Shown here piece by piece: positions 26,075 to 41,765 of a stretch of 64,000 nucleotides of DNA. Positions within the stretch are counted from its first letter, which is position 1; every line of letters starts with the position of its first letter. Both the position numbers and the translations under genes were made by a program. Below the pieces are notes generated by a model. That model worked only from the letters and a program-made list of their open reading frames with translations. It did not search any database and had not been told where the DNA came from. The stretch comes from Octopus vulgaris (taxonomy: Eukaryota): NCBI GenBank assembly GCA_951406725.2, contig OX597823.1, positions 31,682,001 to 31,746,000 of the forward strand, given 5' to 3'.

Positions 26075-26314
26075 TTGGGTTGGTGCATAATTATTGTGGA
26101 TTATTTTCAACAAATTTTTTTCAACAAAAACAATAACAATATTTAACAAAAATATCTTTAAATGATGGTCTGACCGTCTGCCAATCATATGGGAAGCAGT
26201 AATTGAAGTAGATGGTGAATATGCTCCGGAATAATTATTTAAAGATGTTTTTGTTCCATGTTTTTATTGAATAAAATTTGTTGAAAAAGCTGCAATAATT
26301 ATGCACCAACCCAA
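26075..26314 (+). mobile_element. mariner-derived MITE
   Basis: TIRs TTGGGTTGGTGCATAATTATTG / CAATAATTATGCACCAACCCAA with TA on both sides. The interior encodes a mariner C-terminus, DRLPIIWEAVIEVDGEYAPE*. Confidence 0.9.
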
Positions 26315-26869
26315 TATATAGATACAAAGACTTAATACTTTCAAAAGATAAACGTATATGTACGAATTAACATATATGTACAAATTAATTTACTTTTATA
26401 TGGACTATAAAAGATACAAAAAACTAAGAGGAGAATGCATAGTTTTTGAACTCAACAGCTGTTTCTGGATTTCTCAAATAGCTACTCTTTATTCTATGGA
26501 CCCAGTCCTCAATAACTGTGGAGATTAAATTCAAATCATTTGAGCACTACATGTTTTCTATAATGAGCATCTCTAGACCTCACCTTTTGACTATATACAT
26601 ACACACACACACATATATATATATAAAAATATATAAAGTATGAGGTTTTAGTTCACGGGTGATCTAAACGACCAAGTACACTAGGTAAGTACTGTAACAG
26701 ATTACTTGGACTCCAAGGTTATATATATGTATATGAGTGGAGAAAAGAAAGAAGGGCATTCAAACAAATTTATTGGGAGTTAAAATTCAAAATAGCTGAT
26801 GACTAGCATCACACTTGAAATTCAGAGTACCAATGAATTTGAATGAAACTGTTTTGATCCATATATATA

Positions 26870-26963
<94 letters not shown>

Positions 26964-27764
26964 TCAAAACAAACACACACACACCATCTGACAGATAGAT
27001 AGATGAATATGTTACACACATATTAATGAATGCATTAATTTGATTAACAATGGTTGACCTAATTAGTAAAATGGTTTGGGCAAAATAGTGAAGTGTGTTA
27101 ATGACTGAGGATGTTGACCAAATTATCAAAGTAAGGCAAAACATCAACAACAACCACAGCAATAGCGTGGCAGCAGACTTTTAATGTGAGCGAAAGGAGT
27201 CTAAACTTTAAAATCTGTTCTTTTAGGAAAACAGCTGATGATTTACCACAAATCCCCACCAACTCCACTCACACCATGCCAAAACTACTGCTCACCACCG
27301 CCACCACCACCACCAGTAAATGACATCATCATACCACAACTTACCAGAATCACTGCCAACTGCCTCTAAAACTTACCATTCCACATCTCTCCAGCAACAC
27401 CCCACCCAAAATGTCACTAACTTTAATATCACCCTTGTCGACCACCCCACCACCACCACCACCAATACCCAACACCGCCACAATGAGACTGCAAGATTCA
27501 TCAACATTTTAAATGAAATGAAATAATATAAGTGCAACCAGGCAGTTTAAAATTCCATTTAAGAACATTGACACCTCCTACTAAATGAGGTGTAGGGAGA
27601 GGATGTGGCTGAGTTCATTAACCTACACCTGCCCTACTTCACACACACACACACACAACACTATGACCTCATAGTATATGTGCCCAAAGAAATTGTCGGT
27701 ACAGTTGAGATATGCATGCAAATAGGCACAGCCTATCTACACAAACATATCTTCTTTTATTTTT

Positions 27765-27946
27765 TTATTTGTTTCAGCTATTCGCCTGCAGCCAAGCTGG
27801 AGCACTGCCTTTAGTCAAACAAATCAACCCCAGGACTTATTCTATGTAAGCCGAGAACTTATTCTATAGGTCTCTTTTGCTGAACCACTAAGTTATGGGT
27901 GTCAAACAATAGTGGCAGTGGGGACAAGCACAGACACAAATACATA

Positions 27947-27988
<42 letters not shown>

Positions 27989-28110
27989 CATATATATAAA
28001 CATATACATACATATATACAAACACACACATACACATATATACATATATATAAACATATACACACATATATACAAACACACACACACAAATATACAAACA
28101 CACACACACA

Positions 28111-28161
<51 letters not shown>

Positions 28162-28322
28162 GACAAGATTCTTTGAGTTTCTATCAACCAAATCTACTCA
28201 CAAGGCTTTGGTCTGCCTGAAGCTATAGTAGAGAGACACTTGCCCAAGATATCATGCAGTGGAACTGGACCTGGAAACATGTGGTTGGGAAGCAAGCTTC
28301 TTACCATACAAGCACTCCTGCG
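27765..28322 (-). mobile_element. SINE family A with expanded central microsatellite
   Basis: Both halves are present, separated by about 220 bp of TA/CA repeats. Confidence 0.85.
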
Positions 28323-28429
28323 CAAGTAATATAAACATGTACAGAGAGTTATAGACACAAACACATACACAGTGAGTTCGATGAAGGCAAGCAAGCTGAA
28401 ACTTCGATGTCACTGTCAACCTTTTTACT

Positions 28430-28925
28430 ATATCTTGGAAATCCACTGGCCCAATGGTTTCCCTTCATGGCAGAATGAATAGTCAAGACTATTTAAGCAT
28501 TTTATCTGATCAAATTCATCCTATGGTTGCAGAACTGTTTCCAGAGGGAAATGCAATTTTTCAGGATGATAATGCACTAATTTTCACAGCTAAAGTTGTT
28601 GCTGAATGGCACAAGGAACATTCTAGTGATGTTGAACATTTTATGTGGCCACCACAGTCCCAAGATCTCAATATTATTGATCATTTATGGTGAATTTTAG
28701 AAAAAACAAGTAAGGAGTCAATATCCTCCACCATCATCACTACTAGAACTGGAGACTGTTTTAGCTAAGACTGGACAAAAATTCCTTTGGAAACAATTCA
28801 AACTTTGTACAGGGCCATACCCCATAGAATTGAAGCTGTAATTACTGCCAAAGGCAGTCCAACCCCATATTAATATAAATTTGTTTGAAATTTTAAGGTG
28901 TTTCCATTATTTTGTCCAACCCCTG
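28430..28925 (+). mobile_element. Tc1-family transposase C-terminal half plus 3' TIR
   Basis: Motifs IFQDDNA, WPPQSQDLNIIDHLW and IPHRIEAVITAKGSPTPY*. The element ends TTTGTCCAACCCCTG followed by TA. Confidence 0.9.
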
Positions 28926-28931
28926 TATATA

Positions 28932-29292
28932 TGGCACATAAGAAGCATTATCCAAACATGATTGATGCCAGGACCGCCTGACTGGCCCCCATGCAGTGGC
29001 ACATAAAAAGCACCATCTGAACGTGGCCGCTGCCAGTACCCCAACTGGCTTCTGTGCTAGTGGCACGTAAAAAGCATATCTGAACGTGATCGATACCAGG
29101 CTCGCCTGACTGGCTCCTGTGCCAGTGGCACATAAAAAGCACCCACTACACTCTCAGAGTGGCTGGCATTAGGAAGGGCATCCAGCTGTAGAAACAGATT
29201 GCCAGACCAGATTGGAGCCTGGTGCAGCTGCTGGCTCTCCAGACGTAGTCAAACCATCCAACCCTTGCCTGCATGGAAAACAGATGTTAAAC
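28932..29292 (+). mobile_element. RTE 3' UTR with four GTGGCAC(A/G)TAAAAAGCA-type repeat heads and tail
   Basis: Matches 41925-42230. Confidence 0.9.
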
Positions 29293-29902
29293 AATCACAT
29301 ATACACATATATAAACAGAGAGAGAGAGAGAGAGAGAGCCATAGATGAGATGTGCGTGTGTGTGTGAGACCATTGTTGTTTTACATCCACTTTCTATGCT
29401 GGCATGGGTTGGTCAAGTTGCTTACAGTCTCATTCAGTTCTTATTTAAGAGTTGAGAGCCCTTCTAGTCTTGCTCCTTTCAAACGATGTTTGGTGGGAGG
29501 AGGATTTTGGGGGTGAAATGATGGGTGGGGGTGTCAACTGTGTAGGTGTGGGAGTTGTCGGAGGTGACAGCAAGCAGGTGGTAGATGCGTAGAAAGAAGA
29601 GTTTGAGGGATCAAACACCACCAGAATTAGTATCAACAATAACAAAATCTACAACAACAACAGTATTAACAACACCAGAACTAATTCAAGTGATTTTACA
29701 GTTATTACATGTGAAAATAGTCTGCAGTTAATTAAAAACCTTAATGATGTTTTGTTTACAAAGAAAAAAATAATATTGTGATTAATTAAGTTATAAATCG
29801 CTGAAACACACATAACCGTCAAATATGCTACAATTATTACGCAATTCCTTTCTACTCTTATGAGAATAGAAGTTCAACGAAGGCATTATTATTATTACTA
29901 TT

Positions 29903-30107
29903 AAGGTGGTGAGCTGGCAGAAATGTTAGCATGCCAGGCGAAATGCTTAGCGGTATTTCATCTGTCATTAAGTTTTGAGTTTGCCATGCTCAGATTTGCT
30001 TTTTCTTCCTCTAGGGTCAATGAAAAAATGTAGCAGTCAAGTACTGAAGCTGATGATATTAAACCCATCTCCCCAAAATTTCTATCCTTGTACCAAAATT
30101 AAAAACA

Positions 30108-30138
<31 letters not shown>

Positions 30139-30139
30139 T

Positions 30140-30171
<32 letters not shown>

Positions 30172-30615
30172 CTAAGGAGACAAACTGGCAGAAACGTTAG
30201 CATGCCAGGCAAAATGCTTAGCAGTATTTCATCTGTCCTTATGTTTTGAGTTCAAATTCTGCCGAGGTCAACTTTGCCTTTAATCATTTCGGGGTCAATA
30301 AATTTAGTACCAGTTGTGTACTGGGGTCGATCTAATTGACTGGCCCCTTCCTCAAAAAATTTAAGGCCTTGTACCTAGAGTAGAAAAGAATATATCTCTT
30401 CACGGCAGTGAGCTGGCAGAATCGTTAGTATGTCGGGCAAAATGCTCAGTGTATTTTGTCTGTCTTTATGTTCCGAGTTCAAATTCTGCCATGGTCAACT
30501 TTACCTTTCATCCTTTCAGGGTCAATGAAACAAGTACCAGTGAAACACTTGGGTCGATATAATCAACTCGTCTCCTCCCCAAAACTGTTGCCCTTGTGGC
30601 AAAATTTGAAACCAT
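29903..30615 (+). mobile_element. Three head-to-tail SINE B copies
   Basis: Heads CTGGCAGAA near 29914, 30185 and 30414; the first two follow (ATT)n tracts. Confidence 0.88.
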
Positions 30616-31059
30616 TATTATCATTATTGTTGTTGTTGCTGTAGCATCGAGGCAAGGATTAGAACGTGGAAAGAAAAAAATTTTTTAATGCGGTAACTGT
30701 GTATTTAGGTTTAAGTTCTGAGTTCAAATCCATCACCCTGCTCATGGCTGTGATACAGCACACCATACCACACTTTGGTACCTACCTACAACTACACACA
30801 TTGGACTGTTGACAACCAACCATGTTTTTGTAGAATTTCACAGGCCTTATGCCTTTACAGGAACAATGCAACCAGAAGATTAGTGGGAGGGGGGGGGGGT
30901 AGACAAGGATACTGACTGTCTGTATGGTAGTTTCCACAAGCATAAATTTCACTTAATTAGCAAATTAGTGCATACTAATTATGTCAGTTAATTTAAGAAA
31001 GTAGACTTCAAATAGATTAAGTATGACAGACTAGAAAAGGAAACAAAGAGGCATACACA

Positions 31060-31156
<97 letters not shown>

Positions 31157-31737
31157 TTCAAGGCAGTGCTCAGCACGGCCGCAGTCCAATGACTGAAACA
31201 AGTAAAAGAATCAAAGAATATACACACACACACAAAATCAAAGCCAATGAATGAGTATGGCCTGGGGACATGTAAAATGCTTTTGTTTTTTGTTTGAGGT
31301 GCTTGTGTAGTCGCTAATAGATACAGTCACCGTCATGACACTGCTGCACAGCTCAGGAATTGAACCCATGCTTTTGATCATGAGCTGAACACTAACCACT
31401 TAGCCACATGCCATGCCACACGCTCACAGATACTTCTAGATACACATCAACACACACACACACACACAGATATTCATAAATATCTACAATCACCTACGTA
31501 CATAAACACAGACATATGTAGTCATGTATATTGACACCTCTATAAATATAAACACACATGGATATACATGCAGGCCACAGACTGAAATTAAATTCTAACC
31601 AGGTCACTGGACACCATCAAAACATGTCAGCTATTGTTGTAATTGGCTGTAATGAAGTGAGTCAATTACTGTTTCATTTGCGTTACATCCATTTCTGTAT
31701 GCTGTTATGGGTTAGATGAATGCGTTATTAAGGCATT

Positions 31738-31893
31738 AAGCACCCACTACACTCTCGGAGAAACACTGCCAGATCAGATTGGGGCCTGGTGCAGCCTCCT
31801 GGCTTCCCAAACCCCAGTCAAACCGTCCAACCCATGCCAGCATGGAAAACGGACGTTAAACAATGATGATGGTGATGATGATGATGATGATGA
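31738..31893 (+). mobile_element. RTE 3' tail with internal deletion
   Basis: AAGCACCCACTACACTCTCGGAG ... CATGGAAAACGGACGTTAAA(GAT)n. Confidence 0.85.
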
Positions 31894-32950
31894 AGCTCTT
31901 CCTGAGGTTAATCCTTACCTGATTTTCAACTGAGGGATCTCTTATTCCACACACCTTTTAAGGCACAAAGCAAGCAGACAAGTTACTGACAGGAGAAGTG
32001 ACAACAACACTGCCCAAACATTAGAATGAACACAGATATAAACACACACACACACACACAGAACAGGCTTCTTTTCAGTTTCCCTCTAACCCACTCACAG
32101 GGCTTTGGTTGGCTTGGGTCTGGCTATAGCAAAATACATTTGCCCAAGGTGGCTAGCAGTGGGACTGAACCTGAGCCATGAAGCTATATGGTTAGGAAGT
32201 GAGCCTCTCCTTTCAGTTTCTGTCTACCAAACTCACAAGACGTTCAATGGATAGAGTTATAGTTAGAAGACATTTGCTAAAGGTGCTGCACGGTGGAGCT
32301 AAATCTGAGACCACATGGTTGGGTAACCAGCTTCTCAGCTAATGCAATACACATGTCTGTGTAGACACAATGGTTGACAACAACACAACCTAGCTTTGAG
32401 GACAACAGCCATACAACCAACAAACAACAGCAAACAACACCGCCATGACCACCACCACCACCAGTTCTAAAATGCTGAAGCAAGCAACAAAGGAAACAAG
32501 ATACAAGAAGAGACCTTCACAGTATACATTGTTCTAATATAATAGGTGCGTAAGTAGGGAGGTAGACTTGAAACTGGATACTGGCCGATTGAATTACAGT
32601 CTTTTCTTTATTACTTATTAAACAGAGTGGCATCACCCAATCAGAGGCAAACATTGAAACAAACACGGGACAGGGATCAAAAGATACTGAAACTTAAACT
32701 GAAAAAGAAAAGAAAAGACCCAGGTCATTCTGGGAATTCAGACATCAACATCCATTCATCTACACACACACACAATGGTGAGAGTACCCAACACAAGAGA
32801 TAGAGTATATAATTTATCAAGTCTGCCCAAATTGGAAACTAATTTGTTTGGTATCCTGGGCTTCATGAAACTCAGAGTACAAACGTTAGTTTAGTCAACA
32901 CATCTAGTGTGTGTGTGTATGTATGTGTGTGTATATATACGTGTGTGTGC

Positions 32951-33001
<51 letters not shown>

Positions 33002-33089
33002 CTCAATGACCTTTCATATAATTTCCATCCATTACAAATAGTATTGGCCAGCCCCAGATTACAAATTGACTCTCTCTCTCACAGACACA

Positions 33090-33137
<48 letters not shown>

Positions 33138-33279
33138 TGTACACATACATACTATACACCCATATATAAATATTCACAGCTATATATATATACACACACA
33201 CACACATAAATACATATGCACAGGTTTCTATACAAATGCAAACATCCCTACAGAGATGCATACACACACACACACATAC

Positions 33280-33340
<61 letters not shown>

Positions 33341-33728
33341 CAAAGGAAAACATGGGAAGAGGCAATGCACTTGAATATCAAGTTGTGGGCGTCAAATAAG
33401 AGATGATGCAGAACAAAGGAAGAGAGAAAGAGTGAGACAGACAGACAGATAGGAGGAAGGGTGATGTGCTGTACTGTGTACTAAAGATCTGTCCAACCCA
33501 TCAATGCCAGCTGAGGTAAACAACACACAATCAGAAGAAATGGTGATGAGGATGATGATGATGATGATGGTGGTGATGATGTTGAAGAAGACAATGATGA
33601 TGTTTGCTGTTCACAGAATGTAGAGACATACAAGTAATTAACACAGGATAGTAAGAGATAGTAATTATATGACAAAACATTCTGTAAGAGTTTTATTTAC
33701 TCTAAAACCCTCTATATACCTATACCCC

Positions 33729-33774
<46 letters not shown>

Positions 33775-33807
33775 GTCTATCTATCTGTCTGTTTATCTAT
33801 GTATCTA

Positions 33808-33840
<33 letters not shown>

Positions 33841-34059
33841 ACATACATGCATATACACAAACGAAAGCTTCCCAGCATGTGGATAGTATTAGACGATATA
33901 ACCACTAATTAAACATCATTTAATCAAAATGGTTTTTAATTTCATTGGTAAAACAAAGTGAGTGGCTCGTTAAGTCATTCTAATGCAGTGTTGACTATTG
34001 TGTGGGAGGCGACGGGGGAGGGAAGCAGACAATTATTTTACACACAAACACAAACACAC

Positions 34060-34095
<36 letters not shown>

Positions 34096-34833
34096 GAACA
34101 GAATGAAAGATAAGGTTTAAATACACGTATATTTATATTATATATACGTATGTAAGTTTATAAACTAGACGCATAATCTGAAATGAAAGTTTGTAAACTA
34201 CAGAGAAAGACAGACAGACAGACAGATAAATAGAATGAAATGTAAGTGTGAAATATATTTTTAAATATATATGTTTGTAAACTAAATATACACACACTCA
34301 CGCAATGTATGTATGTGTGTATGTATGTATGTAACCACTTTGGAAAACAATGCAGATCATGATAGCTGGAATGGAAGAAATACAAAAGAACAAGGAAGTT
34401 GATGATGATGATGACGACAGGGAGGATTATGATGACAACGATGATGATGCTGATGAAGAGGAAAAGGAGGAGAAGGAGGGGGATAAGAGGAGAGGAAATG
34501 AAAAAGAAAATAGTTTCACAGTCACATGTTAGAAGTGTGTCTGTGTGTGTGTGGGTGGGCGGAGAGGTGGTAATGTATGAAAGGAAAAATCAATCTTAAG
34601 AAGAAGAAGAAGAAGAACAACAACAACAACAACAAGAAGAAGCAGGGATAATAAAACCAGTCAACAATTTTGAAAATGACAAATACATGAATAATGAATA
34701 ATGTGGTGGGAGGTGGGCGAGGGTGGGTTTGGAAAACCAGCAACAATGACAGTGTTGAAGAAATGAAAAGAAAAAGGATGAAGAGTTAAGACAAGTTGAA
34801 AATGTGATGGATAAAAAGGTGTGCATACGGACG

Positions 34834-36495
<1,662 letters not shown>

Positions 36496-37278
36496 ACAAA
36501 GATATAGACATGTGCATACACATACATATATACACACCTGCACGCAAATACAAATGTGCATGATGTATATAAGTACGTAAATAGATTAGTTGGTAAACAT
36601 GTGGGTGTGTTTGCATGCATCAGTGTGCATATATGCGTGAGTGATTGGTGTGTGTGCATATGTGTGCGTGTGTGTGTGTATGTGTGTGTGTGTGTGTGTG
36701 GCTATACGAGTGCTAATTATAGTTAGAATAATATTGGTAGATGGAAAGTGGAGTGGAGTGGAGCGGAGGGGGTGAGGTGGGGAGGGAGGAAGGGAGGAAG
36801 GAAGGAAGGGGGTGGAGGGTGAGGTCAAAATGAATGACAAGAACTATTGTAGTAGTAGTAGTAGTAGTAGTAATGGTGGTGGTGGTGGTGGTGGCTGTGG
36901 TAGTAGTGGTGGTAGTAGTAGCAGCAGTAGCGGCGAATGCAGTTTCTGAGTGCTCCACCTGTCCGTCAGACTGGCTGTCTGCCTGCCTGCCCCCCCCCCC
37001 ACCTGCTTTTTCTTTACCATGCAATGATGATGATGACGATGATGATGATGATGATTATCAATATCATCATCCTCATTACAGAATAAAGTAAACACCATCC
37101 TCATCAAACTAGCTAAAATTCTGCAAGACAGGCGAACACACAGACACAAAAGCTGGCTACCTGTGCAGTGTACCGCGTAACCTCGCTACACACACACACA
37201 CACACACACACATCTCAGTTTATATGATATTCAGCAGAAAGTTTTAACGAGCAATGCACCTCAACCTCCCCACCTCGC

Positions 37279-37309
<31 letters not shown>

Positions 37310-37608
37310 ATCTCCTTACCATATCAGCTACTCCCTTTTACTTACTACTCTGCTTGCCTGACCGCCTGCACCACATCGCTGAACGTAAAACCATTGTAAT
37401 TTAAGTCACAGGCAAAAAAAAAAAAAACAGAAACAACAGCTGCATGTGGTAGTTAATGTTACATACAATCACATGTACAACGGCCTCTCTGCGTGTATGC
37501 GCATGTAGGTGGACGGTTGTTGCTGTTGTTGTGTGCACGGTAGCTATGTATACAGTCACATGTACAAAAAGGCTGTATGCTTGCAACAAAAGGGTTACTG
37601 TATGTGTG

Positions 37609-37664
<56 letters not shown>

Positions 37665-37697
37665 CATGTGTACATATAAGTATCTCTCTCTCTCTCT

Positions 37698-37739
<42 letters not shown>

Positions 37740-37928
37740 CTCTCTTTTACTTGTTTCAGTCACTTGACTGCGGCCATGCTGGAGCGCTACCTTTAGTCGA
37801 ACAAATCGACCCCAGGACTTATTCTTTGGTAACCTAGTACTTATTCTATCGGTCTCTTTTGCCGAACTGCTAAGTTACGGGGACGTAAACACACCAGCAT
37901 CGGTTGTCAAGCGATGGTGAGAGGACAA

Positions 37929-37980
<52 letters not shown>

Positions 37981-38140
37981 GACGAGCTTCTTTCAGTTTC
38001 CGTCTACCAAATCGACTCATAAGGCTTTGGTCGGTCCGTGTCTATAGCAGAAGACACTTACCCAAGGTGCCACGCAGTGAGACTGAACCTGGAACCATGT
38101 GGCTGGTAGGCAAGCTACTTACCACACACCCACTCCTGTG

Positions 38141-38145
<5 letters not shown>
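37740..38145 (-). mobile_element. SINE family A, full length
   Basis: Reverse-complement match to the consensus of the other copies. Confidence 0.92.
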
Positions 38146-38182
<37 letters not shown>

Positions 38183-39709
38183 TGCACAAATATATATGTA
38201 TATATTTACACAATCATACACACCTTTGTGTATGCATGTGCACACGCATATGCATTTAAATGTATGTACATATTTATGCATTTATGAGTAACTAGAGATA
38301 TTGTGAGTTCATATGCAGGTGTGTACAACCACACCTTGTGTGCATGTGTGCGTGTATGTGTTTGTGTGTTTAACTCCAGATTGTATGTTTAGAGATGTTA
38401 GAATGTATGCCAGGCTTTGCAGAAATAAATTGAAGCCAGTTCCGAGCAATCTGTTTTACCTGTAAATATTGTAAACATGTTTAATAATAAAACTCCAGAC
38501 TAGATTCTTCACTTCACACTTCAGGTGAACTGGAAGAGTCGCTAGGGAATTAGTTTATACACCTGGCAGACGTTGAATGATGATTATGATCACCTGTAGG
38601 GTTGTTGTTGTTATTATTTAGCCCCGGGTCAGTACTGATTGAGCAGATCTATGACCAAGAACCTTCAGTTGTGACTATTCCATCTATTTCCTATATACAG
38701 GTAAGCGAGGAGCAGGGTAAGATTTGATGAAGGTTTGACAGCTATTTCTAGCTGATCAAACAATGGCACAGCGACTCTCTCATTTGTATGACCCCACCCC
38801 TTTTTTTTTGCAGTGCCTTTATATTCTTTGGCTCAAATTACACCAAAGGTTGTTTTGCCATTCATCCATTCAGCATAAAACAATACAAATGAAGGCTGAT
38901 GAAGGGGCATAGAGGGAAAAGAATAAGGACATACCTATGGGGTGTTTTAGGTTGTGCATTTCAAAATATGCTGTGGTTGAGTTTGCCCTTCATCCTTTCA
39001 GGGTCAACAAAATAAATACCAGTTATCTACTGATGTTTATAAAATCGACTATTGCCCCACAAACCAATCAACCTTCTATTAAATCAACTGTACATTTCCC
39101 ACTCCCACCAAATCGACATTTTGGTTGTTTTGGTGAGGATCCCATCAGGGGCAAGAGCAATGCCCATGACACTTTTCAAAGCCTCAAAGAAAAGTGAGGT
39201 GGGAGAGAGGTTGGAATGTACCTTCAAACCAGAGACATGCCCCCTGAATGCTTACAATACAGTGAATCCACTAAAGGCATGAAAGTACCAGTTAGGACCA
39301 AGCTGACCCCTGAAATTTAATTTGAGAGTTAAGAGGGGAAGCCTATCAAATATATTCTTCAATAGAACAGCTGATTCTAAGTCTTTTGCTGGTAATAAGA
39401 AGCCATAGAATTTGTGCTGCGGGGTTAAATATGGTCGTTCTGTTTGCCAAGGGCAACAAACAAAACAAGCATAACAAGAAGGTTTTATTTGGGAAATGCA
39501 GCCTCCAAAAATTAACTCTAGTACAACACCAGAACTTTACCCTACAGGTTACAGGGCCTACATGCTGACTTATCACACTCATTCGTTTACTTGTTTCAGT
39601 CATAGGACTTTAGTTGAACAAATCAACCCCACAACATATTTTCAAGTTTGACACTTATTCTCTTAGCTACAAAGCCATGATTGCATCTAGAGTGTTTGGG
39701 TGTGTGTGT

Positions 39710-39887
39710 TACTCTTTTACTTGTTTCAGTCATTTAACTGTGGCCATGCTGGAATACCGCTTTTAGTCGAGCAAATCAACCTCAGGACTTTGTAAGCCTA
39801 GTACTTATTCTATCGGTCACTTTTGCCGAACCTCTAAGTACGGTGTAAACACACCAGCATCGGTTGTCAAGTGATGGGAGGGGGCAA

Positions 39888-39924
<37 letters not shown>

Positions 39925-40093
39925 CGACAGGTTTTTTCCAGTTTCCGTCTACCAAATCCACTCACAAGGCTTTAGTCGGCACGAGGGTATAGTAGAAGAC
40001 ATTTGCTCAAGGTGCCATGCCATGCAGTGGGACTGAACCCGGAACCATGTGGTTGGTAAGCAAGCTACTTACCACACAGCTACTCCTGCACCT
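39710..40093 (-). mobile_element. SINE family A, full length
   Basis: Reverse-complement match to the consensus of the other copies. Confidence 0.92.
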
Positions 40094-40380
40094 AATTTTA
40101 TTAAAACTATTACCATATTTGATGACATAGACACAGGGGCAATTTCAGCAGTACATATTCACAATATCGAAAAAAAAAAAGTTAGGTGTGTGTGTGTGCG
40201 TGCATGTGTGAATTAATGCTTACAGGAGTTCCAACTGCATAGAGGGCATCAGGTTACATTTTTGATACTTTTGTAAAATAAGAGCACCTTATATGCCATT
40301 AATTACTGTAATTGAAATTCTATACCAATTAATGGCTGCATCATTAAATGTTTCTATTTCTATGACTTATACTATACACT

Positions 40381-41765
40381 TTCAAACTGCTGGATCAGGT
40401 GATGAAGGTCAGAAAGAGGGTCATAGACCATCTCATTAGGGAGAGAGGCTGCTTAGATGAGATGCAGTTTGGTTTTGTTCCAGGTAGAAGCACCACTGAT
40501 GCCATATTCCTGATTCAACAACTGCAGGAGAAATACCTAGCTAAAGATAAACCCCTCTATTTAGCTCTCATGGACTTGGGAGAAAGCCTTTGACAGGGTT
40601 CCCCGATCCCTTATCTGGTGGGCGATGCAGAAACTGAAGATTGACAAATGGATAATAAGGGCTGTACAGGCCCTATACAGAGAGGCTGTTAGTAAGGTTA
40701 GGATTGGCAATGAATATAGTGAAGAATTCCGGGTAGAAGTAGGGGTCCACCAAGGTTCAGCCCTCAGTCCCCATTTATTCATCATAGTCCTCCAGGAAAT
40801 AACAGAGGAATTCAAGACGGGTTGCCCCTGGGAGCTCCTCTATGCTGATGACCTGTTCATAGCAGAATCACTACCAGAACTAGAAAAGAAATTTTGGATG
40901 TGGAAGCTAGGTTTAGAATCAAAATGCTTTAGAGTCAATGTAGCAAAGACCAAAGTTATAGTAAGTAGGAAGGCGAACTCATCACACACCCCTTCAGGTA
41001 GGTGGCCCTGCTTGATCTGTAGAAAGGGTGTAGGTAGAAACTCCATAAGATGTACCCAGTGTAAGCTATGGATGCATAGGAGGTGCAGCAATATCAAAGG
41101 AAAATTAACCAAGAAGATAGCTTTCGTGTGCAGCAGATGCACAGAAAACAGATTCCATCACACTCCAGGGGAAGAAACTAGAAGTAGTTGATAGTTTCCG
41201 CTACCTAGGTGACCAAGTTAGTAGTGGAGATGGATGCTCAGAGAGTGTCACCACTAGAATACAAATAGCCTGGGCAAAGTTTAGAGAGCTTCTACCCCTA
41301 CTGGTAACAAAGGGTCTCTCACTCAGGGTGAAAGGTAGATTGTATGATGCATGTGTGTGAACAGCCATGCTTTACGATAGTGAAACATGGGCTGTGACTG
41401 CAAAGGACATGCGTAGGCTTGAAAGAAATGAAGCTAGCATGATCCGCTGGATGTGTAATGTCAGTGTGCACACACGACAGAGTGTAAGCACCCTAAAAGA
41501 AATGCTGGACATAAGAAGCATCGGATGTGGCATGCAAGAGAGACGTTTGCGCTGGTATAGTCATGTACTACAGATGGATGAGGAGAGATGTGTGAAGATA
41601 GCCACTCTCAAACAGTTGAAGGAATCCGGGATAGAGGTAGACCCAAGAAGACATGGGATGAGGTGGTCAAGCATGACCTTCTAACGTTGGGCCTCACAGA
41701 GGCAATGACGAAAGACCTAGATCTCTGGAGATATGCTGTGACTGCAAAGACCCGACAAATAACAT
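40381..41765 (+). pseudogene. Disrupted reverse transcriptase ORF2 of the RTE LINE, with an internal C4HC3 (PHD-like) finger
   Basis: ORFs 40399-40593, 40625-41191 and 41367-41684 are consecutive pieces broken by frameshifts and stops. Finger ligands: CLIC, CTQC, HRRC, CSRC. Confidence 0.92.

Noticed and set aside
26445-26520. Minus-strand GAAA-CAGCTG-TT hammerhead half
   Set aside because: The core and stem I could not be assigned convincingly.
26809-27162. Signal-peptide-like ORF MLWLLLMFCL..
   Set aside because: It has a non-ATG start, runs into a (TA)n tract, and its hydrophobicity is explained by TTG/GTT repeats.
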